Assembly: GCF_006345805.1 (NCBI RefSeq)
Contig: NC_043007.1
Location: 74,400,001 to 74,464,000, forward strand
Direction: 5' to 3'
Length of the DNA: 64,000 nucleotides
Source of the DNA: Octopus sinensis
Lineage: Eukaryota
The notes under the pieces were generated by a model that was not told where the DNA came from, made no database searches, and saw nothing but the letters and a program-made list of their open reading frames with translations. This document shows, in pieces, positions 37,820 through 50,339 of this stretch (the stretch's first letter is position 1; each line of letters begins with the position of its first letter). A program made the position numbers and the translations under genes.

Positions 37820-38762
37820 CCCTAACTGCTTGGTTACATACCTTTGCACTCTTCGTGACATTGGCAAACTTTTCCATATTAAGCTCCTCTTTGGTTTTGT
37901 TGCCTAATTTTGGTCAGGTCTGTTGCTAAATTTCTTGAACTGCACTGAAATTGCATATTTTCTGACTTTAGCTGTGGAGTGGTTGAAATTTTAGTGTTAG
38001 TGGATTTTTACTTAGGCTGTTCTTTGAATGTAAAACTACTATATTTAATGACATATAAGACACTTGAAAAAAAAAATGTCACCTTAGCTCCTGTATGCAG
38101 AGTTGCTTTAAATATTACATGCTTGGGCCTCACAGGGGACTAAAACTCCTGATGGTTTGCTGTGCTTGAGAAGACATGTCTAGTTAAGTAAAAACATGGT
38201 TGTCTGCATCCTTTTCCGGCTGGGCATTCCTAATCTTGTGGGATTGTGGGTGCTGGTGCCATGTAAAAAGCAGCTGTACCGGTATTATGTAAATGCATCT
38301 GTGCTGGTGCTGTATAAAAGTACCCACTACACTCTGTAAAATGGCTGGCATTAGGAAGGGCACCCAGCCGTAGAGACCATGCCAAAACAGACATGATGCC
38401 TGAGCAGTGCTTTAGCTGGCCAGCTCCTATCAAACCATCCAACCCATGTGAGCTTAGAAAACAGATGTTAAATGATGATGATGATGCTTTAAAATAAAAA
38501 ATAAATGCTCCCTTTTAGAGCATAGCCAGGCTCATGGGCTCGGTTTCCCGGTTTCTATGGCATATCTATTCCCCAGCTGGACAGGACACCAGTCCATCGC
38601 AGCATTACTCATTTTTGCCAGTTGAGTGAACTGGAGCAACATGAAATGGAGTGTTTTGCTCAAGAACACAACGCGTCGCCTGGTCCAGGAATCGAAACCA
38701 CAATCTTACGATCATGATGCTGACACCCTAACCACTAAGCCACAAGCCTCCACGATGATGCT

Positions 38763-38989
38763 TTAACCCTTTAGTATTTAGATTACTCTATCCAATGAAA
38801 TACTTTTTTTATTCACATTTTTTCAATTAATCATTCATTATCTTGTAACTTGTAGATTTCGATAGCATGATTGTATGGTTTTGGAATGACATTGTAGGGT
38901 GGGTGTGAGATGCCAGATCTGGCATGTTTCAACATAAAATGAGTAGGATATTAAACCAGACATGGCCAGTTTAAATGTTAAAGGGTTAA
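38763..38989. mobile_element. piggyBac-like MITE (family P2); further copies at 15581-15805, 37515-37727, 39524-39747 and ~54470-54682
   Basis: TTAA-ccctttag(c/t)att ... aatg(c/t)taaaggg-TTAA ends and a shared interior (aatgacattgtagggtaggtgtgag...). Confidence 0.85.
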
Positions 38990-39010
38990 TTTTGTCTAAA
39001 ATCTATTTTG

Positions 39011-39549
39011 CCTGAATATGCACTACTGCAATTGAGGTGCATCTAATATGCCTGTGTATCTTTTATGCCTTCAAATACAGTAATTTTATAAAAATAAAGA
39101 GAAATAATCTAAGCAAAGGATCTAAATTGATGAGAAAAATGCAAGTTTCAAATATTATTTATTGGACTCATTAATTCAAATATAGTAGGGTCTCACACAT
39201 ATTGAAATGAGATTATTCAACCATTTAGTATATAAAAACTCCCTTACAAGTCTTTAGCTCTTCAGCATTTAAAGCAGCCCTGAATATGCACTACTGCTAC
39301 TGAGGTGCATCTAATATGCCTGTGTATCTTTTATGCCTTCAAATACGGTAATTTTATAAAAATAAAAGAGAAATAATCTAAGCAAAGGATCTAAATTGAT
39401 GAGGAAAATGCAAGTTTCAAATATTATTTATTGGACTCATTAATTCAAATATAGTAGGGTCACACACATATTGAATTGAGATTATTCAACCATTTAGTAT
39501 ATAAAAACTCCCTTACAAGTCTTTAGCTCTTCAGCATTTAAACCAGCCA
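39011..39549. repeat. Recent tandem duplication, ~270-bp unit x2
   Basis: 39011-39279 and 39280-39549 differ by only a handful of substitutions and indels, with gcc microhomology at the junction. Confidence 0.93.
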
Positions 39550-41295
39550 TATCCGATCCAAATATTCTATTTGTTTATTTTCAAACTGGTCAGATTTGGT
39601 CTCTTAGATCTACCCTAAAATGTCATTCTAAACACAGACAATCACATCATTGAATTTTCAAAACTGCAAGATAATACAGGGTTAATTCAAAACTGAATAA
39701 ATAAGCATTACGTTTGACAGTAAGTAATCTGATTGTCAAAGGGTTAAAACCTGGGAAGGGCTAAGATGGGAGATAACTCCACTATTATTTAAAATTTTTG
39801 GACGTAGTTAATTATTTATTCTACTCCATAATGTAAGGTGAATTTGTATTTAAATTTAAATATATTTGTAACTAACTTAATATTCTAATTTGGAAAGTAT
39901 TAATAATAAAGTAGTTAATTTAGTCTTCTGAAATGAATTAATCCTCTCATATAAATTAATTAAAAATTGAAGTTTACTCAATTATTTGCCATTAAATTAT
40001 TTACAACTATCCACTTTTTTTTTTTTTAAAGCAATTTAATCTTTTAATATCATTGGCAAATCTTTCAGTGTTGAAGGGAGATAACTTGTGTTTCTCATTA
40101 AATTTCATGCTAAAATATTTTTTAAGTAGTGGACAATTATTGATTGAGCCAACCATTCAACTAACAGTATATTATTGATGATTTAGTTCTTGTATGAAGA
40201 GAAACATTCCAAGTTTATTCTGGATTTTGAGCTTAGAAGCACAAAACAAAACAAAAAAACAACAAAAAAATAAATATCAAATTTGAGCCTCTACATTGTG
40301 TACCAACCCCTATCACCTCACTTAGTACTAATGAAAGACTAAAGCTGTTCCATCTTTTGCACCTTTCCCCTGTGACAAGGTAAAGAAACTTGTGACTTAA
40401 CTTTTTCTTGATTTCAGTTCACTCTTCCTTCTTTTGTACTTCCTCCCTTCATGTTCTTTAATCTTTCATTGTCTTTCAAATACTTCTGGAATGACCAACC
40501 CCCTGGACATATCCTGATTTCTGTGTTATGTCTGATTGAATTTACGGAGTATTATTTCTTGACAGTACATTTATTCCCATTATTTGAACTTAGTTTGAAA
40601 GTTTCTCAAATTTCACTGATATGAGAGACAAATATTTAAAAGACAACATAGATTTATGTATACTTTTAGGAAATCAGCTGAACGTGTTACGTTCTGGTCA
40701 CCTTTCACCTGATGACATCAACATGCAGGTAGTTAATTACATCCAGTTAAAAATTGAAAATGTAAAGAAATTTTTTTTAACCTTCTTAAAAGTTGGCATT
40801 TTAAAAATATGAAATGTAATATTTGCTGTTAAGCTGTCCTCGTTAATTATGTAATTATTTGAATTAAGTTATTGTTTAGACAATTAAGTGAATATTTAAA
40901 CTTTAAAGACATTTATCGAAAAGGATGGTTTTTTTTTTAATGAAAAATATTTTTGATATGCAACCCATCCAATTTATTTATATATATTTTTTTCCTTTTT
41001 TAATTATATCATATCATAAGTGTCTTCTTATTAATATTCAAAGTAATTTTCTATGTTTTGTAATGTATTGGCAATCATAATTTCCACTTGTATGCCAAGA
41101 CATGTATTCGCATTCCTTTCATTAACTACTGTGAGCATTCTGTTCACCTACATGCCAACTCTTAGACAGACATGCATGCAGATACTTTAAATAGAGAAAA
41201 GGTATAGTTGATTGAATGATTACAAAGGTGAGCTTATTATTTCACCTGTCCATTAACTAGTTTCTTTTTTTTCCCACATTCTTTTTACAATATAG

Positions 41296-41418
41296 CACAT
41301 GAATGCCGACAAAGAACTTTTTCTGGACATACTCACCAAAGAGGAACGAGAAGCTTTATTGACTAAAAAAATGGAGGAAATTCGAAAAAAGAATGAAGCT
41401 CTTCGGAAAAGGCATGAA
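41296..41418 (+). CDS. CCDC9: CCDC9-like coding exon (HMNADKELFLDILTKEEREALLTKKMEEIRKKNEALRKRHE), N-terminal coiled coil
   Basis: Pyrimidine tract plus tatag acceptor, GAA|gtatgt donor, 123 nt open. The peptide aligns by eye with the human CCDC9 N-terminus as I recall it (KSKEEKDAELDKRIEALRRKNEALIRRYQ). Confidence 0.88.
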
Positions 41419-41933
41419 GTATGTCTTTGTAGAATTCTTCTTAATTCTTAAACTGTTTCATTTTCCTTTCTTTTTCAATTTGTTGCTAATGTGTTAGTTT
41501 GCATATTATCCTGTGTAGATATTTAATCATTTTGTTTGTATCAAACTTTTTATTTATATTTTTAATAGATTAACTTTTTCTTCATTTGGAAAAAAAAAAG
41601 AGAAATATTTAATCAATTTTACGTAATTTTAGTTATAACAATGAATATTGAAAAAAACAATTCTTAATTTAGTTAGTTTCATTTATTCATTTTCAAAAAT
41701 TTTTCCCCCCACATTTTCTACTTTATTTTTCGGAATATTAGTTCTTGAAAATTTTGTTGTTAAAAAAATGAAGGCAAGATTTGTCAAAATAGGAGAGAAT
41801 TTTTTAAACAACTGTAACAAATAATCACTTCACTTGTCTACAAATAGTTATATGGTATGCTGATGGGTATATAAAGTGATTTATATACAAGGACACCACC
41901 ATAAAATCAAATGGGTTGGCATATTTATTATTA

Positions 41934-41978
<45 letters not shown>

Positions 41979-41979
<1 letters not shown>

Positions 41980-42670
41980 GGCAGTGTACTGGCAGAATCC
42001 TTAGCACTCTAGGTTAAATGCTTAGTGGCATTTTCTCCATCTTTATGTTTTGCGTTCAAATTCTGCCGAGGTCCACTTTGCCTTTCATCCTTTTGGGGGT
42101 CAATAAATTAAGTACCAGTGAAACACTGGAGTCATTGTAATCAACTAGTCCCCTCCCACAAAATTTCAGATCTTGTGCCTTTAGTAGAAAGCATTATTAT
42201 TATTATTATTATTATTAAAGGCAGCGAGCTAGCAGAATTGTTAATATGCCAGGCAAAATGCTTAGCATATCATCCGTCATTACATTCTGAATTCAAATTC
42301 CACCAAGGTCAACTTTGTTTTTCATCCCTTTGATGATCACTCAAATAAGTACCAGCTGAATACAGGGGTTGGTGTAATTGACTTACTCCAACCCACAAAC
42401 TTGCTGGCCTTGTGCCAAAATTTGAAACCATTATTATTATTATTATTATGACAGCAAGCTGGCAGAATTGTTAGTGATTTGGACAATGTGCTTAGCGGCA
42501 TTTCTCCTGGCTTTGCATTCTGAGTTCAGATTCCACCATGATCGACTCTGTCTTTCAACTTTTTGGGGTCAATAAAATAAGTATCAATTGATTTTCTGGG
42601 GTTGATGTAATCGGCAAGCATTGTCCCATCAAATTTCAGGCCTTGTGCCTATAGTAAAGTCTATTATTAT
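41979..42670 (+). mobile_element. Three head-to-tail family B SINEs (similar runs at ~12580-12810, 13220-13620, 20180-20590, 21770-22090, 22685-23130, 25285-25610, 35930-36330)
   Basis: Each unit starts at ggc(a/g)gcgagctggcagaa-like heads right after an (ATT)n run and ends ...ggccttgtgcc...(ATT)n. Confidence 0.88.
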
Positions 42671-45600
42671 TAGTATTATTATTATTAAAAGGCAGACTAT
42701 GTGTGTGTTCTAGCATGTAGTTTGTGTTAGGTTCAAGTTGTATTGCAATCGACTTTACATTTTTATTTCTACAAAACAAGACGGGGTGGGAGAGCATTAC
42801 CTTGTAGTTATTAGTGGAAGGAAAAAACTTGTTAAAAATCATGCTGTTATTATAAATATTCACATATTTGAATATATCACTCGATGAGGAAATTGGAATG
42901 ACTAATTTAAAGAAAATTTCCTGTATGTTATTGTGTTCTTCAAGTGGAGGAAAAAAAATATTTTTTTCATACGAAATGATATATATTGCTGTGTTGTTTC
43001 ACAAATTATTTCAGGCACATTTGAGACACACTGACACACACACACAGACATACACACACTCACACATATGCACACAGTTACATACGGCTGTCAAATATGT
43101 AATTAGTATTTGTTGCCTACTTTATTTGCCCTGTCTTATGCACTGAAATACCACTTAGGTCTGTTTAACTCTTTAAGCTGCATATTTTCTCTCTACTTTT
43201 TTCCGGCCGTTTTGCTTCTTCTACCTTATTGCTTTTCATTTGTGACTTGTGTGGAAAATAGCTTTAATTGTTCCAGGCAGTCTGTGTTGCTCTTGTTAGT
43301 TATTTCATGCCATATATCCCTCTTAGTTTCCATTTTTAGCTTACTTTTATTTCACTCCCCCAACGACTCACTTTTCCTTTTAGAGAATGAGACTTGGAAG
43401 TTGCTGATGAAAAAATATATAAATAAACAAAAAGTAAAAGAAAGAAAGAAACAAGCAATCTAGCTGCTGCTGCTACTGCTGGGTCACATTCTTGTACAGT
43501 TGTTGAAAGTGACTTTCCTGCTAAGTTTTAATTAGTACTCTGTTAAGAAACCTAGTAGTTTACAATGAATTACTCATCTTGACAAAGCTACTTTAACGAA
43601 GCTAGAAGGCATAAATTAAATTTGATTTGTTTATTTATTTTTTTGGTTTTTATCTTTGTTTCATGTAGAAGACTACAGTTTTATTTTGCCGCATATAATT
43701 ATTATTATTATTATTATTATTATTCATTGTTTAGGGTTGGTTAAATTTGAATTCTTTATATTGCATTAATTCATTCATAACTGTTTTTAACAGGTATTCA
43801 TCACCTGTATTTGTATATTTTTATCAGAAACCTGCAGTCTTGTTTAAGTATATTTTCGTTAGTAAGATAGAATTTGATATTTTGAATTCCAACAAAAACT
43901 GTTCTATAATATACTTAGTCTTTTAACTTAGTAACAGGAGCAGTTTCTCAGTATTTCAGTTTTGTATTTGGTCTGCAAGTTTCTTGATGTGAACACATGT
44001 CTTGAAACATATTCTGTTGTGTCTGAGGAAGTTTGTTACACCTGTGCACAGAATTCCCTGTGCCACACAGATATACATCTGCACACACACACTTATAGTG
44101 TCTCTCTCTCTCTCTCTCTCCCTCCCTCTTGCACATACATTCTCTCTCACATCCATATATAAATATAGAACCCATAAACTAGGAGACAATCAGCAGACAG
44201 ACCTGAAGCAGACCGGGAGTAGAGAGTGCATGTCATTGATGAGGTCATGAAAGGCAATAAAAGGACTTCAACAAACCTTGCAGGTTGAATGATTGATTGA
44301 CTAACAGAACAATTAATCATACAATTGATTAGTTAATTGGTTTAATGTTTAACCAACTGACTAATAATAATAAAATAATAAAAAGAAGAAGTGAAATAGA
44401 ATCAGTGTCTGTGTATATTGGCATAACGACCCTTCCAAATAAACAGATTTTCCCAGTATTTCATACGCTTCTGTCACCTTTTTTGTTCTTCAGTAGTCTG
44501 TCCAATACAAAGTAAAGCTAGCTACAACTGGAGGCTAAGAAACATTGACTTTTGCCAATGTGCTTAGTAAACTCATTTAAGCGTTTCATTAAATTGTGTG
44601 ATTTAATAAATACTTCACCAATTCCATTGTTTCTATATTTCAAACTTACAGGCATAAAAATATCTTGGATATCATAGCAAAGTGGATTTTAAAGAACAAT
44701 GTATTCTTGCAACATAATTTCAATAATCTTGGTTGCTTAAATTAATTATAATGGATGAATAATTGGTTGCTTAAATTAATTATAATGTATGAATTATAAT
44801 AGTAACATAATTCTACCTTCCAGCTTTAGCTGAATATTGAAGAATTTATGTTAGAATTTATATCACTAGTTTTGTCAGACACTCAAGTATATTACCAAGT
44901 TGACTTGATTCTAGAATGTTTTCCTCACAGAGATTTACCAAATATTTCTCTAATTGACTGCCATACCTCAGTTCAGTTTACACTAATTTGATTAAATTTG
45001 TTTTAATTTTGCATTACTGGAAGTGGAAATTAGAGAAATACATGTATTAGTTTGGTCAGGAAGAAAGGATGGTACCAATTGTCTTTAAAACTGTTGAGGA
45101 TAGTGAGGGTGGCATTCTTCTTCAACATTTGTAAGCCGAAGGACTGGACACTGTGGATAATGCAGAATCTGAGGTGGAGTGAAGTGGAGTGGGGTGAGGT
45201 AGGGTTAGACATAAATAATATGGATGACTGGAAGAAGAGAGATTGGGGAATCAGGAATATTCGATATACAGAAGAGAAATAGAATTCCTTGTACTATAAA
45301 CAGTACGAAGAATACATGCATAGGAGATGCATCAGAATCACAGACTAACCAATGCAGAAGGACTCTGTTTGTCTGTCTGTCTGTCTGACTATATATACAC
45401 ACACACACACACACACACATTGTAATAAAGGGTAAAAATCATTAATGATCTTACCAGGTAGTCAGCATGGAAATAAAAACCTCATAGGTAAATTTTGCAA
45501 AATATTTTTCCAGTTTCCAAACTTCTTTTGCAATTCTCCTTCTTATTTCTTTCTCCATTTATTTATCCTGCGATATTTCATTGTGGCTCCAAGACCAAGA

Positions 45601-45684
45601 ACAGTAGAAATGAAATAGAATAAAGTAGATAGAGCAACCAATTAAATCTTTGTTGCATACTCTCTCTCTCTCTCTCTCTCTCTT

Positions 45685-46105
45685 TACTCTTTTACTTGTT
45701 TCAGTCATTTGACTGTGGCCATCCTGTAGCACTGCCTTAAGTCGAGCAAATCGACCCTAGGACTTAGTCTTTCTAAGCCTAGTACTTTTTCTATCGGTCA
45801 CTTTTGCCAAACCGCTAAGTTACAGGGATGTAAATACACCAGCATCGGTTGTCAAGCGATGTCAGGGGGGGCAAACACAGACACACAAACATATACACAC
45901 ACAAACATATAAACAAACATACATATATGTATACATATACACAACAGGCTTCTTTCAGTTTCCGTCTACTAAATCCACTCACAAGGCTTTGGTCAGTCTG
46001 AGGCTGTAGTAGAAGACACTTGCCCAAGGTGCCATACAGTGGAACTGAACCCAGAACCATGTGGTTGGGAAGCAAACTTCTTACCACCCAGCCATGCCTG
46101 CACCT
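45685..46105 (-). mobile_element. SINE family A, full-length
   Basis: Reverse complement of the family A consensus from tail to head. Confidence 0.9.
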
Positions 46106-48576
46106 AGATCACAACTATATTTTAGTTTTGCTTTGATAGTTTCACTTGCTCTATTCATAATTTGTGATGACATTTCAACCAACTTTTCAATGAATCTCTG
46201 TGACATTTCCCCCAATTCTTGGCTAATAACTCAATAGACATGAAACAAGGGAATTATTTTACTCTGTAGTGAACGAGGCGGTGCTCCAGCATGGCTGGAG
46301 TCAAATGACTGAAACAAATGAAAGAATGAGTTGTTGTTTTACCATGGTCAACATCTGGAACTTTGTGTGATTGTGAATCAGTAAAATACTTCATATTTAA
46401 TGCTCTTTTATTTTTACTTGTTTCAGTCATTAGACTGTGGCCATGCTGGGGCACCGTCTTGAAGAATTTTTAGTCAAATGAATCAACGTTAATACTTTTT
46501 TTTTTAAAGCCTGGTACTTATTCTATTGGTCTTTTTTGCCAAATCATTAAGTTACAGGGATGTAAACACTCCAACACTTGCTGTTAAGCAGTAGTGAATG
46601 TGCACACACACACACACACACACACACAATGGGCTTGTTTCAGCTTTCATCAGCTAAATCCTCTCACAAAGCTTTGGTTGGCCTTAGGCTGTGGTAGAAG
46701 ACACTTGCCCAAAATGCCACGCAGTGAGGCTGAACCTAGAACCATGTGGTTGGGAAGCAAGCTTCTTACCACACAGCTACACCTATGTCTTTTAGATTTT
46801 AAGAGAAAAATTGTTTTTAAGATTGGGAAATAGATCCAGTTGTTCTTTTCCTAAGTATTCTTTGGCTGGATATCCTTCCTGATGTCAATTTTTGTTTTCA
46901 AATTCTTATATTAAGCAGTTCAAGTGGTATCATTGCAATGACACGCACGCACACGCACACACACACGCGCGCGTTCCATCAATGGTAGTCATTCCTAATA
47001 TGGGAATAGAAATTACTCTCTCAATATGTAGTGTTATTGCTTTGACTGTTTAATCTTTTATCTTTTATCAGTTTTGAAGGATTTAGTTGAACAAATCAAC
47101 CTAGTACTTCTTTTAAATTCTGGTACTCATTCTATCAGTCGCTTTTGCTGATCTGTTAAGTTCTGAAGACACAAACAAACTAACACCAGTTGTCAAGCAG
47201 TGGGGGACAAACACATGCATGCACAATATACACACACATATGCACACATGCGTGCACGCACATGTGTGTGTGCACACACACAGATGCTCCAGGCTTCAGG
47301 TTTCCATACTGTTTCCATCTACTAAATTTTATTCACAAGGCTATAGCAAAAGATACACTAGATGCTACAATTATAGTATCAAGCCATATGGCTGTGAAGC
47401 AAACTTCTAGATGCCAGGAACTTCTTCAGTATTACCAGACAAAATATCTGCAATTTTTGATCAGATTTTGTTTTTAACTATGTAAGAGATCACATTCAAG
47501 AATATTTATTTCAATTTAGTCCTACATATTTCTTGTTTCATTCGTCTGTTACATTCATCATAGCCACTCCTACACTTTAGTCATGGCTGTGACATGTAGC
47601 AGTCAAATACTGACAGTTAATTGGCCTTTCTCGATGTATTTACATTGAGTTTAATCTATGCTTCTTGCTTCTGATGCACATAATAAATTTTTATTCAGCC
47701 CACATAGCTAATTGCAACATCAGTGATTTTTTTTTTTTTTAATGCTATTATTGTTTTCCTATATCAGTAACAATAGATTTCACCTTAGGATGCAGTTGCT
47801 AGCAAGTACATGCTGCTGACAAAGCCCAACAAGGCAGAAATGCACAGAAATACAAATTTAGCATTCTCATTGCCACTGCTGGACAGTTTTCAACTTCTAC
47901 TGATATATTTGTATTTTTGAAACACACTCAGTCCAGAACAAATATCATCTCTGGACAAATTATTGCAGTTAATTTGCCTTTCATGATGTATTTACATTAA
48001 GTATGAAACAGAGATTACTATTTTAATTGTCATCATTACTATAATTTGGAATTTTGCATGAACTACTGATGTTGTCCTTATCAATGCAATTTTTATCAGC
48101 ATTAAAGAAATACAGCCTCTTTTTTTATGTGTGTGTATGTATCACTGTATTTGGTTATTTTCTTCTCAATCTGAACATTTCTTAAACGCACAATATTTTG
48201 GTGCTTTGTGGGTCTTCTATAAAGATAGATTCACTAGTTAGCATGATTTCTGCTCCCACTTTTTATTGGGAATGTTTTTCAATTCCTTCTTTCCCCCCAC
48301 ATTGCTGTTGATTAGCCCCTGTTCAGGCTTGACAGAGTAGACTTATGATCAAAGGCATTCTATTCATAGCCATACCATCTGTTAAGGGCTATGTCATCTA
48401 CTATCTAATGTGTTCTTTAAAGACTGGTAAAATGATACATAAGTTGATTCAATTAAATAGATTCTCATCTTTCAAAGTTGGTTTTAGCCTAAGAAATATA
48501 AGGAAAAAAGCTGTTTACATGTCCACAATCTCAATGTTTATTACCTCAATTTTCTGAAAGTGTACCAGAATAATAT

Positions 48577-48805
48577 TTAACCCTTTCGTTACTAACCCGG
48601 CTGAAACTGGCTCTGGCTCTGTAGTACAAATATCTTATTTTCATGAGTTTTGAATTAAAATCTTCCACAAAACCTTAGTCACAATTTATGTTCCTAACAC
48701 TGGCTAAATGATAACTAAGTTATTTTACTAAATTCTTTGTTATATTTAAAGTAATCGAAAGAAACACAGAACATCTCAAAATAAATACAGTAACGAAAGG
48801 GTTAA
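48577..48805. mobile_element. piggyBac-like P1 MITE, inverted relative to 31148
   Basis: TTAA TSDs and a perfect 13-bp TIR ccctttcgttact / agtaacgaaaggg. Confidence 0.9.
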
Positions 48806-48860
48806 GTTATTATTTTCTTTGTTTTGAAGCTATTATGACTTGGAACAAATTCTATTTCAG

Positions 48861-48929
48861 GAAATTGAAGCAGATAAAAGACAAGCAGAAAAGATGGTCA
48901 AACCAACATCCCCAAAGAAAGAAATCAAG
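48861..48929 (+). CDS. CCDC9: CCDC9-like coding exon (EIEADKRQAEKMVKPTSPKKEIK)
   Basis: ttctatttcag acceptor, AAG|gtcagc donor, 69 nt, phase 0/0. EIEADKRQAE continues the recalled CCDC9/CCDC9B motif EIEEDRKKAE / EIQEDRRQAE directly after the previous exon. Confidence 0.88.
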
Positions 48930-49034
48930 GTCAGCTAGCATTTTCATTTTTTTTTTAAGGACTTTTAAACTTAATTCATATAAAGCTGACTTCTAAATCA
49001 CATATTTTGTGTTACGAATATGATTACTGTATTT

Positions 49035-49469
49035 AAGGTGGCGAGCTGGCAGAAACTTTAGCACGCCGGGCGAAATGCTCAGCAACATTTCGTCTGCCGT
49101 TACATTCTGATTTCAAATTCCGCCGAGGTTGACTGCCTTTCATCGTTTCGGGGTCAATAAATTAAGTACCAGTTACGCACTGGGGTCAATGTAATCGACT
49201 TAATCCCTTTGTCTGTCCTTGTTTGTCCCCTCTATGTTTAGCCCCTTGTGGGCAATAAAGAAATAAGAATCATTAGCAGGCCAGGCAAAATGCTTAGTAG
49301 CATTTCATCTGTCTTTACATTCTGGGTTCAAATTCTGTCCAAGTCAACTTTGGCTTTCATCTTTTCAGGATTGATAAAATAAGTATCTGTTATGAACTGG
49401 GGTCCATGTAATCAATTTACGGCCTCCTTCAAATTTGCTGGCCTTGTGCCAAAATTTGAAACTAATATT
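49035..49469 (+). mobile_element. Composite of two family B SINEs inserted in the left TIR of a MITE
   Basis: 12-bp direct repeat attactgtattt at both sides. A young copy (to ~49265) is followed by an older copy. Confidence 0.85.
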
Positions 49470-49473
49470 ATTA

Positions 49474-49850
49474 CTGTATTTGATGGCATATAAAACACAC
49501 TTCTATTTTCAAAAGAATGTTTCAAAAAGAATCACCCTGGGTTCTCTATGCAAAATTGGACTTCCCATAAGCTAATTTTGTCCCTGACTCCCACTGCTAT
49601 TGGCTAATTTTAATCCAGTTAGTTTCTTCTGCATAGCCTTAATAATATGTTTAACTGTACTGCTTACTTCTTATAGCCAGTAATCTTTTCTGCTATAGTT
49701 AAGGTTCTTTTGTAAAATTTTGTAATGTACTGATTGATTACCTTAAATATTACATGTGTTAATGCACTAAAATCTTTTTCCCTGAATATGTGCTTCTAAA
49801 ATTGGAGTGCATCTAATATGCTCATGTGTCTTTTATGCCACCAAATACAG
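49474..49850. mobile_element. Tc1/mariner-superfamily (pogo/Tc2-like) MITE; further copies at 27205-27553 and, fragmented, ~38037-39080
   Basis: TA-CTGTATTT...AAATACAG termini with ~27-bp imperfect TIRs and homologous interiors (aagctaattttgtcc..., taaatattacatg). Confidence 0.7.
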
Positions 49851-50096
49851 CAATTTTCTATTAAACATATTTATTTATCTGTCCAGTGTTGCTATTTTAA
49901 AATGTTATGATTATCTTAACCATGAACTGTGTGAAGTCTTTGAGTTTATTGGTTTAATTCTGTCTCCATGTAAATTCTTATACTAGAGAGAACAAAGAAA
50001 TTACCCAAGAAAAAGTATATTGGTATTTTATAAAGGTATTGTTTTATATAATCATATGTAGTGTATATAAAAAGGTTAAATTTATTTTTATTTCAG

Positions 50097-50186
50097 AGTG
50101 TGGATTTCAAACCTGTGAAAAAGGAAGAATTTCATCGCCATTCTGGCTCTGACTTTGATTATCTAAAATTACGGACTGACATGGAG
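50097..50186 (+). CDS. CCDC9: CCDC9-like coding exon (SVDFKPVKKEEFHRHSGSDFDYLKLRTDME)
   Basis: tttatttttatttcag acceptor, GAG|gtgaat donor, 90 nt, phase 0/0. It lies in the frame of track ORF 50061-50243. No homology recognised; assigned from splice signals and phase. Confidence 0.75.
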
Positions 50187-50339
50187 GTGAATATATTTTT
50201 GTTTGTTTTTATGAAAAAAATATGCAATAGGAATGTATCCTAGTCAATGACAGTTATTAAATACTTTTGTCATTGACAAAATTGCTGGCAAAACACAAAT
50301 GAATATTTTAATTTCTTCTTTTATTCTGTCCTGCTCTTT

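Noticed and set aside
43110-43463. 117-aa ORF as a protein-coding gene
   Set aside because: It has an F/L/S-rich composition typical of T-rich intron sequence and no recognisable motif. Only its 3' part is kept as a speculative alternative exon.
43785-43799. Further AG|GT juxtapositions (CAG|GTATTC at 43793, 58763 and ~6153) as recursive sites
   Set aside because: GTATTC is a poor donor, and such matches are expected by chance in AT-rich DNA.
44729-44794. 34-bp tandem duplication
   Set aside because: Real, but an ordinary slippage event in AT-rich sequence with no sign of function.
47983-48070. C/D box snoRNA (ATGATGT ... CTGA)
   Set aside because: Box C is imperfect, there is no terminal stem, and no recognisable rRNA or snRNA antisense element.
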